59,705 nt of DNA from Catajapyx aquilonaris (lineage: Eukaryota). The stretch lies in contig KZ538145.1 in NCBI GenBank assembly GCA_000934665.2, positions 62,001 through 121,705 of the forward strand, written 5' to 3'. A program made the translations under genes and the position numbers. Below, in pieces: positions 25,266 through 38,722 of this stretch. Within the stretch, counting starts at the first letter, position 1; each line of letters starts with the position of its first letter. The notes beneath the pieces were generated by a model that had not been told where the DNA came from, did not search any database, and saw nothing but the letters and a program-made list of their open reading frames with translations.

Positions 25266-28200
25266 TACTTGCAACGATAGGAAATAGATCCAACATTTTC
25301 ATCTCTCCTGGAAATAGCTCTAGCTGTAACACTCATTTTACATACAAAATAAAAATCAGTTACCATGTCCGGAAGTCATGTCCGGATACGAGAAGGCGAC
25401 CATGAATTATTCTCAGACATTACACGTGATAATTCATTGCTGCATGATGCAGTAGGAGAATCCGCCAGGCGAGACCAGAGTTGGCTCGGCCATTCGCCCG
25501 CCTTATCAGGTCCAAGTGTCCACGACGGCCAGTAGGGAGAAAGTATTAGGGTAGGACCATGGTATGTTTCTCTTGGTTGGATCGTGATGAAGCAAGGCCA
25601 CATTAAAGCTCATTCACTCTGGTTGAGTGATTAAGTTAGTAGCCAAGCAAATCTGTATTGGCCATCCAGCTTCTAAATTGCCCAACTGCCAACTGGCTTA
25701 TTTTGTTCTGGCTCAACTTGTTCAGAAAAGAGCAATCTTTCAACAGATCCGGCTCTTTTCTTCTCATTCCCCTGGGCTCCTCTGCTCACTTGCTGGCCCG
25801 TTTCTTTTTTTTTTCTTTTCCAAAAGGTGGATAAAACAATATAATAGACATGATATAGTCCATTGATCCCCTGCCAGAGACATAAGCAAATCTTCTTTCT
25901 TCTCTCCTTATTCTTCCCTCAGTCTTTTCCTATCCCCCACGGCCCGCTTCCGCAGCTCTGGCCAAACTCCCTTTCATTTAGGCCCTTTTTCCTACTATGA
26001 AAATAAACTTTCCCGGAGGCTCGCAGGCCCCACTCCCAATTAATTAAGCCAATTACAAAGAGCTGAAAGCTAAAACAATCCCGGCGCCCTTTCCATTGGA
26101 CACTAACTTAATGAACAATGTGCATGGGGTCTTGCACACGATAACAAGACTGGTCCATAATTTGGCGCTACGGCCTTTCTGCGCGCCAAATTGGACCGTG
26201 TCCCTACAATTACTGCCATTAGGCGGAGGAGAAGGAGGGAGAGTTTCCTCCCCCCCCTTTACTTCCTTCCTTCCCGCCGAATCTTTGTCTTTTCTCCCCC
26301 GACCCCCGGACGCACCGGGGTGGTCTTTTGTGCCCGGACAAACTTCCAGCCAAGGCAGCCATGGAGCATCAGGAACAGTAGTTCAGCAGCCTCTCTCTCT
26401 CCTTTCTGCTCGTTTCCTTCCTGACATCTGCTTCGATTCCAGATCCCCGAGCTTTGGCTTGTCCTTCCTAATTCGGATCCTGCAAAGCGACTAGGAATCG
26501 AATGCTAACCGGCACGCTTGGGAGACTCACTCGCCTGCTTGCCTGCCTGTAATTCCTTCTCTCTTCCCCTCCTTCCCCCACTGCCTGTTTTCGAATCCCC
26601 TCCAGGGGGGGAGGGGGGAAGAAAAGAAAAGAAAAGAAAAAAAAAACTCTCCACTCTTCCATTTCGATTTCGCTCACTTCCACCATTCCAAGCACACAAT
26701 CTTCGATTATCGATATGCAGTTTCTCTACATTGATTAAGGTCATTTCCCACACTAATGGTCTGCGACTTCAGCGCAACTAGCGGTGACCTTGAGTCTCAG
26801 CGTGCACGCTCACGCTTGGGATTTGTCTGGAGCTAAATGTAGCTAAGGCACGTGTTTCTTGTTTCCCCACTTGACCCCGTGAGTGCGAGCAGAATCCGGA
26901 TCCGAAATTAATTTGGTGTAATTAGGCGTCGCAGCAATTTCGAGTCTTCGCCTTGGATTGCTGGCAGCAGGCTTCAAGTGTATCCGTGCCGCCGGAGACG
27001 AGAGAGGAGAAGGTGAAACAGGATTTCATCTGAATTGAAGATGAGGCTGGTAGGATAGGAGGGGGGAGGGGGGAGAGAGAAAAGCATGGTGACTACACAA
27101 TAGGAACGCCGCTGATTACGCGGGTGCAAATGTGCGTGTATACATCGTCACCCAAGCATCTGGAAGAAAAGGAGCAGCATCCCCTTATTTTTCTTAGACC
27201 TCGTCTTTATATTCTCTTGGAAAATAATCCGGGCACTCCACTCCTGGATAAATAAGAATGAATGCGTGCTTACGTGCGGCCGCATTTGGCCCTCTGCACC
27301 TTTCGCAGAGTGGGACCATTTGTTCCTGTCAAAACACTATACGCTGTATATACGACCCGCCGCCATCATCCACGCTTTGCGATTTGCAAGTGTACAGGAC
27401 ACGCAGGCCTTGGCTACAGCGGGCCATATTTCTTGCCTGATTATTCTAGAAAAACTCTTCATAGAAGCAGGGGGCTATTGGATAGCAGGCGCTACCGGTA
27501 TATTGTCACAGGCTGGAGCTACTTGGGTGTGGTCTACATTTTAGACCTATAGGTCATTTTGAAAAATTTCAGAATTGAAAAAAATTGGCTTGAAATCTCG
27601 CAAACAATAAGCAGGTAGGTGCCAAAATTTAAATAACTTTAAGACCATGCGTGAACAATCAAGTATGTGCCAGTGAGGAAAGCTGCTCGTGATGCACGAA
27701 ATGGTAAGCCCAATCCTCTTGGTGGTTCATTATAAAACAAGTGCATGTAACACTAAGTTAATGGAGCTGCACCATTAATGGTCGGATCAAGGAGAACAAC
27801 AGCTAAAAAATATGAAGCTTAATGAGTGCCAGAAGCGTTTCCGATGGTAGGAACCGCAACAGTGTCGGTGGACACTAGCTAGCAGCCAAGCAGGGGCCTT
27901 AATCATAATGGCTGCAGATCTGTAAAGTGCCTCATAAATTTCGCTCTGAACAATTCCACGTATTCTCTGGAGGATAGGATCCGGAGGTTGAAGGGCTTTA
28001 GGGCGGGGGTGCTGGGGCTTTATAATCCTTGGTCCAACCAACACCACACCCGCCATCCCCCCCCCCTTTTCGAAAACCCCTCCTACCCAACCCCCACTGC
28101 CTGCCTGCACTGCATTACAGCTCCGAAAGCACACTGCCAGACGGAAAATTCATTTCCCAAACCAAATACGCTCGACTATTTGTATTTCGATAACATGTAG

Positions 28201-29053
28201 GCGAAAGACCAGCTTGCACGGTACATAACCCAGCAGTTGACTCAATGATAAAGCGGCAAATCCATAAACCGGTATGTATTCAAATATTTGCAGCCTCGCC
28301 CATCCAGCAGGCAGCCTCCAACAGATTGCAAATGCAGCCGGGTCACGAAACACCCTCTCCGTACTTACATAGTTAGAAACACGCCTATAACAATCGCATT
28401 TTGTCACTTTTTCTGCCTACATTTTCATCTCAGAGCTACAGTATTCGATAGCAATAAGAAGTCAGGTTCACACAAAAGCCTTCTCTTGTTGTCCTGCATG
28501 ACAGTATCCGCATCAAGTGTGACCGAGTGGCACAGAATGGAACACAAATATGGCGTCAGGACCTTACACCCACCCAAGTCCCACGTTAGTTCCATGTGAA
28601 ACACTCATTGTACCCATGCTTCCGGGTATATCCAGCAGGTGCAAAGAGGCAGAATTTTGTACCGATACAAAAGACGACGCAGGGAGTGTGGTCCAGGCGG
28701 CTCAAAGTGACTAATTCGCCAACTCATTTCCCGCCGCGGGGCCCGAACATGTATGTGTATAAGGGGGAGGGGGGAGCTGAAAATGCACGCATGTACAGGA
28801 CAATTAGTGGCTGGGTGTGCGTTTGATTGGTGCGAGCAGAGCGCCATTACTCCGATTTTGCAGCTGATTTTAGCTGGGGGGGGGGGGGGGGCNGGTGGGG
28901 GTGGGGGGGGGGGGGGAGGAGGGGAAGGCCGTCAGATGCAGACAGGATTTGCTGGAGCGTTCTCTTCTCGGTCCTATGTGTATGGACTAGTGTAATGGGG
29001 CAGTGATAATTCCTAATAAGCTAGGGTATATGATTCTTCACTAGATGGCAGTG

Positions 29054-29133
29054 GCTGCCCGGCGAGGCGCTGCCCGGCGAGGCGCTGCCCGGCGAGGCGC
29101 TGCCCGGCGAGGCGCTGCCCGGCGAGGCGCTGC
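29054..29133 (+). repeat. 15-bp GC-rich tandem repeat (GCTGCCCGGCGAGGC) x5
   Basis: Directly visible; explains the AAPRR-repeat ORF. Confidence 0.95.
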
Positions 29134-32100
29134 GCTACTCGGCCGCTGGGCGTGGAAGGAGTCGCGAAACGGCCTGGAAGCGGGCTGGTCTAATAAATGA
29201 GTTTCTCCTAACCTGAGTATTATTGGACCCTGAGTGACCTGGCAGGAATGGCCCCTCACAATTCCTAGAAAAAATACACGGCTGACAATAGTTGACCAAC
29301 TTTGAAAACAAGGCGTGGTGAGAAAATGAGGACATGGTTGATGGGCTGCTACATTATCTGGCTGGGACCACACTAGCTATTAGATATCAGGGCTGCAAGC
29401 CATCCAGGAGGCAATCTATCTGAGCCCAATCTTAGTGGAGATGGCCTTCATTTGGGCCCAGGAAAATGCGGCGCGGCATATGGTCAGCATGCGAAGGGGA
29501 TTATCCGCTTAATGAGGCCAAATAAATTCCGTCCCATCATTACTCTGTCCCCCCCACGCAGAGCAGGCCAACCAGCTCACAATGGACAAGCCCTTAATGC
29601 CTCTACCACGCACTTTATGCACAAGTTTGCCACCAATTACACATTTTCTCTCGCCCTCTCCCCACATTTTTCACAGGGGGACACTGCCCACGCCTGCATG
29701 CTGATCAACAGCAATTTGAATTATGCACTCAAGTTGACGCCATACTGTCCCAAAAGTCTGGCAAAAAATGGTCCTGGCATAAGCCTGTCCAGAGTTCATT
29801 ATTGGACAACTCTTTAAAATCCGGTGCTGGCGGATGCAAAGAAGCGGAACGGACAGGACGGAAGCCCAAAATCTCGGTCAAAGGGTCGACCAAGTGAGCT
29901 TCAATTCATACGGAAATAGCCGTTTCGGACCTGCTCAGACGGACACGACAGAACAGGACACGGACTCCATTCCCAGCCTGAATTGCAATTTCCTTGCGCG
30001 GAACGGATAATGAAGCAGCGTGATAAGGCATGAGGAATGAGGATCAGCACCGTCCATGTCCAGGTCAATCCTAATGCAGTACAGCACGAGATGGAACACA
30101 TCAAATTAGGAAACCAGAAATTTTTTGGGGTGTTCAAAGTCACAGAAATAGCTGAAGATTCGTGTGGCGAACGAAAAAAAAGGAGGCCGCTGACTTGAAT
30201 GAAGGGCGAGAAAAGAACGTCATTAAGTCGCTATTCAATAAACATGCCGTAGGGGCGAATTCTTTTGCCCCCTGCTTCCAAATGTATGCCGATGGAACTA
30301 GGGGGGAGAGGCTGCTGAATGATGAGCACGTTCCGCAGATTGCATTTTGTCCTTGGTATTCGCTGGAACGGAAGAGGAAAGAAGTTCATCGCCCATGTCG
30401 TCGTCTGCCTTCCGATTGGAAAATGTTTTCTGCAATCTTCATGCCGACGTCGACTGTCGCTTCGAGTTGTCAACTGTATAACTGACTGCCTTTTCTCACA
30501 TTGTCACGTCATTACGAATGCGTCAAAAAATAATGAACCTTTCCCAACTCACCTGTATGGCTCTTGTATGGTCTGCTCTACCACTTCACCTGCAATTGAT
30601 GTCATGCTTCCAACATTGGATAGCCCCCAGGCACAAGTCTTACTAGAACCTACTAGGCAGGCTCATTAGCAGGCTCATCTCTGGCCAATCATTATTTTTA
30701 GGAGTATACTACCTTATTTTGGGGTTGGTATACAGGCTGGAAGTCCCTTGACAATAATGAGAGTTACCCGAGGGGAGCCTTACAAACACCGGATAAACTA
30801 ATGAGTGACTTCTTTCAACGGATGTCAGGTGAGCTAATTTTCATTAGCGCTCCCTAAATAGCAGGGGGAGGATGGGACGGATGTAGGGTAACAAGCTTTC
30901 CACCAGTGCGATCTGTGATTATGTTTCAATAACAAGTAATTATTTCCAGATAATTAAATATGCGCGGATTACATGCTAGTGTGAAGCAAATTCTGCTTTC
31001 ATCTGGGATTTCCCCAGCGTGTGCATTAGCCTAAGCTGGCAAACAAAATATTTCGGCTACATTAGGTGACAAATTTTATGTTGAATGCACGTCTTTAATA
31101 AGATGTGTCGGTACGTCCCAACAGCTGCACACATTCACATGCCTGTGACAAAGCAGCCTCCGCTCTACTGAACAATATCAATATCATTACCAGCCTTATG
31201 AAACTTTTAATGACTCGGTCATTAGTGATTTCACCTGCATTGTAGGCTATCGTTTAAAGCACAGTAGGGTGTCTTAAATGATATGCTCTACTGACTAGGC
31301 TGTATTTCTGTGTATGTCACTGGCGCCCAACATGGGGACACTGTCACGACCTACAACACCAATTTGTATTTATACAACTGCGTTTAATTTCTGCTCGAAT
31401 TTTCCATTTTTCGCACAATTCGCGGCCATGTACACCCACGTTGACTCACCCACACACTATGACCCCCCCTTTTCCAGTGTACATTTTGGCAAACCCGCAG
31501 GAAGGGTTGTGAACCGGCATTTAACACGTTTTCCAAGGCGCACAGAAACGTGCCTCGTTTCCGGCTCCATCCTCCGTTGTAGCAGGAACAAGCGCCGCAT
31601 GAGCAGCTCGGGACACACGTGACCAAGTTTGACTTGAAAATGAGGATGAAGAGGTACGTACCAGAGCTTTTGGACTCCCCTTTTCCAACTCCCCCCCATC
31701 TATAGCGGATGGGAAGGAGAGTTCTCCCCCGCCCCACTCTCCCCATCTAGCCCTAGTATCAGTCCCATGGAACAGTCCGAGCCAATTCTGCCCAATGCGA
31801 AATGGAGAGAAATAAATGTCGGCGGATTCCCAGTAGCCCTGATAAAGGCAGCAGCCCGGATGGGAAATCCGGAACAGCGAGAGGGACAAAATGATGGCGG
31901 CGAGAGAGAGAGAGAGAGAGAGAAGGAAGAGAGCACAGCAAGGGAGAGGAGGGCTTTTGATAATAGCTTTGGCATAGTCCCAAAGGGCAAAACAACAAAA
32001 GCCAGCCAATCTATTCTAATTATGCCTACACGGCGTTTATTGATCCATTGTGTAGGGGCAAACACGCGCGCGCAGTCACACATACACATTTGGAGGGTAG

Positions 32101-33431
32101 GGGAATCTGCCCTGAGGCCAGTGTCAGCGCTTCACGTGTCTAGGACTCACCACACCTTTCCAAATTTGGCAATCGTGGGGGTACCGGCTTCAAAGGGCTT
32201 CGGTAGTGACAGACATCGCCCGCAACAAAAGTCGGGTTGGGTTTTCAAAAACGTCGTGGATACAATATCTACCGTCATACATCGGTCAAGTATGTGTTGG
32301 TCTGAAAAAAAAAATCGAATTCGCTCAATTTTGTGGGGGCGAACTACGATTAAGCTGATTTTTTTTTAAACTTCCCCCCTCTCCCTAACTTCATTGTCAC
32401 GCACGGTCACGCTGGGATAAGTCCCCCTCTAGTACGTTACGCTACTATAAAACCTCCGGTCCCTCTCTAACTTTGCACCGAGCTTCTAAATTTTCGGGTA
32501 CATTTGTTTTATTGCAACTTTTTAGCGTGATGTCACGCTTGGTCACTGTCCGTCACGCTAACATCAGCCCTTCCCAGTGGGTGACATTATTAACGGACCA
32601 GCCCTTAATATCAAACGAAAACCATAGTCTTAGCATATATGGCTCAACATTCCACATGTGTTAAACTAATCGGAAATTTTTCCTACATATGCATACCGGG
32701 CTAAGGCATTAATTTTTATAAATTACAATAACAATGGTAACAAGAACCTTATAAAAATAGTTATTTTGAACTGGAGCCGTTACACAAACTGTGAACTGGC
32801 TAGGTAGCTAGTTCATACCGTAACGAGCCAGACTAACTTGCATAGGTTTTCCGCTGGGAGTCAAATTTCACCCTTGGCTAGAACATCCTGTGCAAAACGC
32901 TTCACGGCAGGAAAAAAAAGTTAGTCTAATGTTACCAACATACACAACCCCCTCTAACAAAAAAAAAAAAGTTTGCCTACTGAGTGAGTTCCGAAAATCC
33001 TGGTCCCAGAACGTCGATATGAAGGTGGGTGGAGCAAACAGCTAAAACACCGTCGCTTGATGCCACGGCAAATCCCGCGATTTACTCAAGTAATTTTCCG
33101 GAAAGACTTTCTTGCGTACCATTACTACCCCCGCGGCTATCGATCACCCTTTAAATGTTTATCCTTCCAGCTTGGGAAGAGAAAAGAGGGGTGAAAGGAG
33201 GGGGCTACGACAGGGAGAGTTCGTATTTGATGTGCACAAACAGCAAATATTTGCATTCAGGCTGCCACGCTTTTCTTACTTTCCCCGCACAAGTTTGATG
33301 GTAAGTTTAGTCACATCACAACATTTCTATTGGTATAAAAAGTAAAGTTTCTTGTATGTATGTACGGGCTACCTGCTAGGCTACTGAGAGTGCTGTATGT
33401 ACGGGCTACCTAACTCACTTCTAGACTACTG

Positions 33432-33707
33432 ACAAGAGAACGACCAAGGTCGGACGCCTCCGATTTGGTTGAAACTCGCTTGAGGGGTCAATCATGTGCG
33501 ATAGACACAGTGGTGAAAGTCATAGATGCCACTGTCCATCCGTTTCCGAGATATGAGCGGCAGAAACATCCGAATTTTGTACTCATATCTCGAAAACGGC
33601 TGGACAGTGACATCTAAGACTTTCACCACTGTGTCTATCGCACATGAGTGACCCCTCAAGCGAGTTTCAACCAAATCGGAGGCGACCAACCATGGTCGCT
33701 CCCTTGT
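33432..33707. mobile_element. Foldback element, ~126-bp arms, 24-nt loop
   Basis: Left arm ...CGCCTCCGATTTGGTTGAAACTCGCTTGAGGGGTCA...GAGATATGAG is mirrored by CTCATATCTC...TGACCCCTCAAGCGAGTTTCAACCAAATCGGAGGCG. Termini and TSD not resolved. Confidence 0.8.
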
Positions 33708-34811
33708 GAGAGTGCTTAAACTTGGCGCACTGATAGCAAACCGGACAGTGAGTCCAAAAAAGTCAGAAAATCCCGAATATTTGGTAATATGGCCAGTTTT
33801 GGACAAATTTCCACATTTTCATGATGGCTATACAGCAGTAGGCCTATGTGCTGTCTTAGCCTAGCCACTCTGTAAAGCGCCATCTAGCAGGCAAAAAAGG
33901 AAGCTGGGAGAATAAATAAAATTTCAAGTGCTCTCCCTCTCATCAACACAGTAATGATTTGGGTAACGAGATTGACCGTACTTGAAATCAGTTATGAAGC
34001 CCGCCAAAAATGCACTTGGGCCCCGGGTTAGAGGGCACCGACACGTAAACCGGGCTTGAATTGCAACGAGTTTTTAATTGCTCGATCATCGGGATTTGGC
34101 GATTAGCCCAGCCCACCCCTTTTATCCCCTTTTTATTTTGGTGACTGCGCCCGGTCCCCCAGCTTTGCCGCCATGATGCGATTTGTAAACCACAATTCAT
34201 CGCAGGGGACGGATTTAAATGCATGTTGGGCCTCATTATTCCAATGACACTGCTGGCACTCGCAAAATCACACAAGAACTCGCGGCATTCAAGATGGAAA
34301 AGGACCCTGAAAATTGTTAACTGGCCCGCAGTCGGTATATTTGTCACCTTGCAAGTCCCAAAGCCTAATAACACGCGTTGGACCCCTAGATTGATAAGAC
34401 CGCAGAGGGCCATCAAAGTGCCAGCGACCAATGAGAAATATCCTCCGATTCTACGGGACGAAGCCAGCAAAATGGCGACCTAAGTTTGTCTCCAGAAGGC
34501 CTAGCCTAATTTACGTCCTGGTGCAAAAGGGGTGGAGTGGGTGGGTGGGGGATAATAATCCTAGGGTTTGCAACTACCCTCTTAGCATCCCGACATGGAA
34601 ATTCTATAACCCGGGGAGTTTCCCATCGTTGTCACCACGGTAACACCATTTTCAGAGCCCGACCCGTACTTTCCACGCTTTTAACGTCACAGGCCTGACT
34701 TGAATGTGGCAATGAACCTCAAGGATTAATGCGAAAGACGCGCAAGTTCGTCAAAATTTAGAATTTTGTATACAGTAGAATCGTGTCAATAATTGTCATA
34801 ATTCATGATGA

Positions 34812-35565
34812 TTTCATCCTAGGATGACGCAACCCAACACTCTTTGCATAAGGCTGGAATCATGGTCATAAAATACTAAGGTCTGGACACTCCCACCTAC
34901 CCCCTGCCGGGCGTTTTGCAGGAGGTGCTCACCTGAGAGCGCCATGAGACCTTTCACTGCACTGTTATGTGGCGACCCTACCAGACTACGCTGAACTTTA
35001 TAGGTACAAAAGGGAAGCGCTACATTGGGGGACCCAACATGGTCGCCGGCGGTCACCCCCCGATGGTATCTCCACCTTATCGTGGTGGTGGGGTTTGCGT
35101 TTCTCCCATGACCCCAAGAGCTATACCGGCGGTAGCTTCGTCTACTGGTAGGGCCACCCAAGCCGGACAGGTCTTTGGGATAGGAGGCAGACTAAGAGAG
35201 ATGCCAGTCTTTCCTCTCTTCTTTTTCCACTTCGTTTCTCCCTCCATCTGTCCCACCTTTGCTTCTTCTTACAGCCAGATAGGAGATAGCCACAGTTGCT
35301 TTGGCTTCTTCCAAATAAACCAAACCAAACCGCCGGCGGTCATGTTGGGCCCGCATTAGCGCTTCCCTTTTGTACCTATAAAGTTCAGCGTAGTCTGGTA
35401 GGGTCGCCACATAACAGTGCAGTGAAAGGTCTCATGGCGCTCTCAAGTGAGCATCTCCTGCAAAATTCCCCGGCAGGCGATAAGATAAGAACGTAGAGGT
35501 AGTGTCCGGGGGCAGGCTGGAATGATTCCAGTGTGTTCGTTGGGTTGCGTCATGCCAGGATGAAA
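34812..35565. mobile_element. Non-autonomous element with ~240-bp inverted arms
   Basis: Arms ~34812-35053 and ~35329-35565. The core GAGAGCGCCATGAGACC...GGGAAGCGCTA is essentially identical in both orientations; identical MATLPDYAELYRYKREAL ORF starts on opposite strands confirm this. TSD unresolved. Confidence 0.85.
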
Positions 35566-38098
35566 CATCCTTTCCTGGCTAGTTGTTATATCATCCTGGG
35601 GTATAAATCTATCCCTCTCCCCCTCCCCCTAGAGATGTCAACGACAAGTAGGTCGCATGACAATGCGACAGTGGCCACATCAGCAGGACCCTGCAGTAAT
35701 GAGAGGTGGACTATTTGGTTGCATGGTTGGCTGCCTGCTTGCACGAATCTCCCATAGGACTTTTCTGGCTGGGGGAAGCCCTGGCATTTTTGCCCTCCGC
35801 CCAAAAGTTAATTCGGTCCTTGGGGCACTCGGCAAGCATCCTTGACCGGTGCGGTGCACTAAGTGTGCAGAATAATCCAATTGGCCATCCCCTCTACCAA
35901 CCCTCCCACTCTCAATGCCCCCAGAGACTCGTGGCTTGCCTTGTAAAGATGCCATTGCAGTCCTGGCATCCCTGCCGCTACAGGACCGCAATACGCTAAA
36001 GTGACACTTATTTATAGCGTTATTACTATGTGGACCAACTCTAGGGACAACTCTATGAAATTAAATGAGCCTCTATTAAGCTAATGAGCGCCAGTGTGTG
36101 TGAGGGTTTCAAGAGGCCCGCTGGTTCGGATCCATTGGCACTGCAAGTTTTCCTAAATACACTGTGGTTTGATGCTGGAGATTTTTTTTGGGGGGGGGGG
36201 TGTAGTTGTAAATGGGGTAAAGCTTGTTGCAAAATGCATAAGCTTCCCGTACAAAAATAAATGCGCTTACTTTACTAGAGCCGTGACCTGAATAGCATTA
36301 AAAATTTATTGGGGTGTAATTACAGTGCACTATGAAATATTTGGGTGGTGCCAATATGATGGATGCAAGCTTAGGGGCATTGAATCGTAAATGTAAAGTT
36401 TGAGAACGGTTTGTAGGGTGGTTTTAAGGGAATCCATGCACCTCTGTGCGACCACCGCCTCTTCAATACACATTCTAGGCAAACTCAGGCCCGCCAGGAA
36501 AAGCCCAAATGCAAACTTGCCTTTCGTAGCGGAAGGAAAGGTGGAAAAGACAAAGGACCACAAAATCTGTGAGCAAACATTTGCGGGTGCATCCTCCAGT
36601 AAGTGTCTCTTTTCCAACAACAAAAAACTAGGATTACCCCTCCAAAAAAAAAATCGGTTCTGTACCAAGTAGGTCAGCTGGAAATGGCAGGTAGAGTAGT
36701 TAGTCCGTAATAAGGTAGAGATTCTCCACCCTCTTCTCCTGTGCTCTCTAATGTGCAGTCATGCTTCGTAAGTGAAGAGACCACTTGAGTTCGGCGGACA
36801 AAAGCGGCCTCAATCTAGCTGCCTTCCAATGGGGCTCCCTCCCGACTTGAAAGTGCTTTCGGTCAAGTTCAGTCTTTTGGAGGTCCCAGCAAAAAGAACC
36901 TGCTGGAGCGGATGGGCCTTCTTTTTTTATCTTTCACGAGACATTTTCCTCTAAGCGACCACTTTGCCATTGCAACGTTACCAGACAAAAAAATAATGGC
37001 GATAAAAACGGCGAATTAAATACATCCCCGAGGGTCTCTAGGCACGAAACCTTCTGGGAAATCCATCTGGATATGGCGCGGGAGAAAAATTAAGTCGTTC
37101 ACGCAAAGACCCGTTTTTTTTTTAGACCGGATTTTAATTAAAGGAATACGATAATAGCCTCTAATCAAGAATCTTTCATGTCTGATAACTGCGGAGGGAC
37201 GATGCCATTCGTGAGACCTACGCCACTTATCGCTTCCAGATCGTGTCTATAATGTCACATTAAAAGTCACGGCTAGTTTTCATAATATAGAAATTCAATT
37301 ACGAAGGCGCTGACTAAAAATAACCGTTATTTTCTTAAAGCGCTATACTGCTAGATCATACATGCGAAAGACAAATAGGTCCCAACTTGCTGCAGATAAA
37401 CGTGACAATTTGTGAATGTGGCGCGAGTGCTGGCGGCATGCGGTGTAACGAACCATACTGTGACTAGGAAACAAGATGGCGGCTGGTCGGCCTCAGGAGG
37501 CTCCTTTAAAAGAGGGGGGGGGGACTGGCTGACTGTGGGGAGGGAAGAAAAGGGAAGGGTCCCTGGCAGTGACACGAGAAGCATCACCCTAGAAGTTATG
37601 GCCCGCAAAACGAGCGACGCCAGCGGCCGCCAACCCAAAAGCACCGGGGCCAGGGGACACTACGCGGCCAGAAGCACAAGAAGAAGGAAGAAAACGGAAA
37701 AAAGGAAGGTATGGTCCAGACGCAATTTCTGGCCCGGATTTTCCAGGCGCACACCAGAATGGATTCCGGAGAAGTTGCGAGTCAATAACAGATGGCGGGA
37801 CTCGAAATATTGGCTGTCGGAGCGGAGGTCATATGAGGTGTGTCGGACGATAAGGCTTATGGAGGAAGCCATAGCTCACCTGTCAACTGTCACCTGCACC
37901 TTGACCAGTTCTGTCACAAGATTGCTCCTGTGTCAACCTCGTTTTTTTAAAAAAATCCCTACTGTAATTCATGTACCGATTCAGGAGATAGTACTCAGGG
38001 ATCAACAAATAGTCTACGGTAGGCTACTGACTTCCACTGTAATTGGAGGTGGTAATTTGTGATCAACAAAAACCGCCTACAAGTCAGTACTGTAAACG

Positions 38099-38722
38099 AG
38101 TAGTATGGAAAACCTTGCCCTTATGCCAGTCCGGAAATTTTTTACATTTTTAAAATTACGACCCCATTGCCCCCCCCCCCCCCCCCCNCCAATGATAACA
38201 CCATTTTACCACTCAAATTTTCTGATATTTTCTACACACATGGATGGGGCCAAGGATAAGGAAGGAAGGCTGTGGCCTGTTGTACGGAAGCGACCCTGGA
38301 ATTATCCTGGGGGGACCATGGAAAACCACAGAAAACTACGGTCAGGATCGCCGGGCCCGGGAATCGAACCCAGGACCTCCCGATTAGCAGTCGGACTCCT
38401 TACCAACTACACCAACCTGTTTCGGTTCAGTCCGGATATAGTAGACCTTGAACGGGCACACTTCGGATATAGTAGACCAGAGTGCCACGCCAGATGGTAC
38501 CTGACGTTATTTTGACGACGTTTAACGTCCATTTCACGTCAAGTGTAACGCCTATATTGTACCGTTGAGACGATAGTTTGACGTGAAATTGACGGTTAAA
38601 AGTCGTTAAAATAACGTCAGGGATCATCTGGCGTGGGGCTCTGATCTACAATATCCGATGTGTGTCCGTAAAAAGGTCTACTATATTCGGACTGGAATAA
38701 GGGCAAAGTTTTCCATACTACT
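38099..38722. mobile_element. Palindromic mini-element with Polinton/Maverick-like ends (~323 bp without the nested SINE)
   Basis: AGTAGTATGGAAAACCTTGCCCTTATGCCAGTCCG ... CGGACTGGAATAAGGGCAAAGTTTTCCATACTACT. 6-bp TSD TAAACG at 38093-38098 and 38723-38728. ~143-bp arms with a ~35-nt spacer (38543-38577). The paralogous empty site near 47718-47724 has a single TAAACG. The Polinton assignment is inference. Confidence 0.8.
38136..38427 (-). mobile_element. tRNA-derived SINE (family A), nested
   Basis: Minus strand: A-box TGGTGTAGTTGG, stem-loop CCGA-CTGCTAA-TCGG, B-box GGTTCGATTCC, body GTTTTCTGTGGTTTTCC. 9-bp TSD CAGTCCGGA (38127-38135 and 38428-38436). Confidence 0.9.

Noticed and set aside
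29040..29133. Helitron 3' end on the minus strand (GC repeat followed by CTAGT)
   Set aside because: No clean hairpin and no matching TC 5' end identified.
31767..32369. 200-aa ORF
   Set aside because: Includes a (GA)n-derived ERERE tract, has no family resemblance and no splice context.
37444..37918. Solo LTR (TGTAAC...GTCACA)
   Set aside because: TG...CA ends are present, but there is no TSD (GCGG vs AGAT), no PBS or PPT, and no second copy in the window.
37412..38062. Longest ORF (216 aa)
   Set aside because: GTG start, no recognisable domain, and it runs through a poly-G tract into a MITE.
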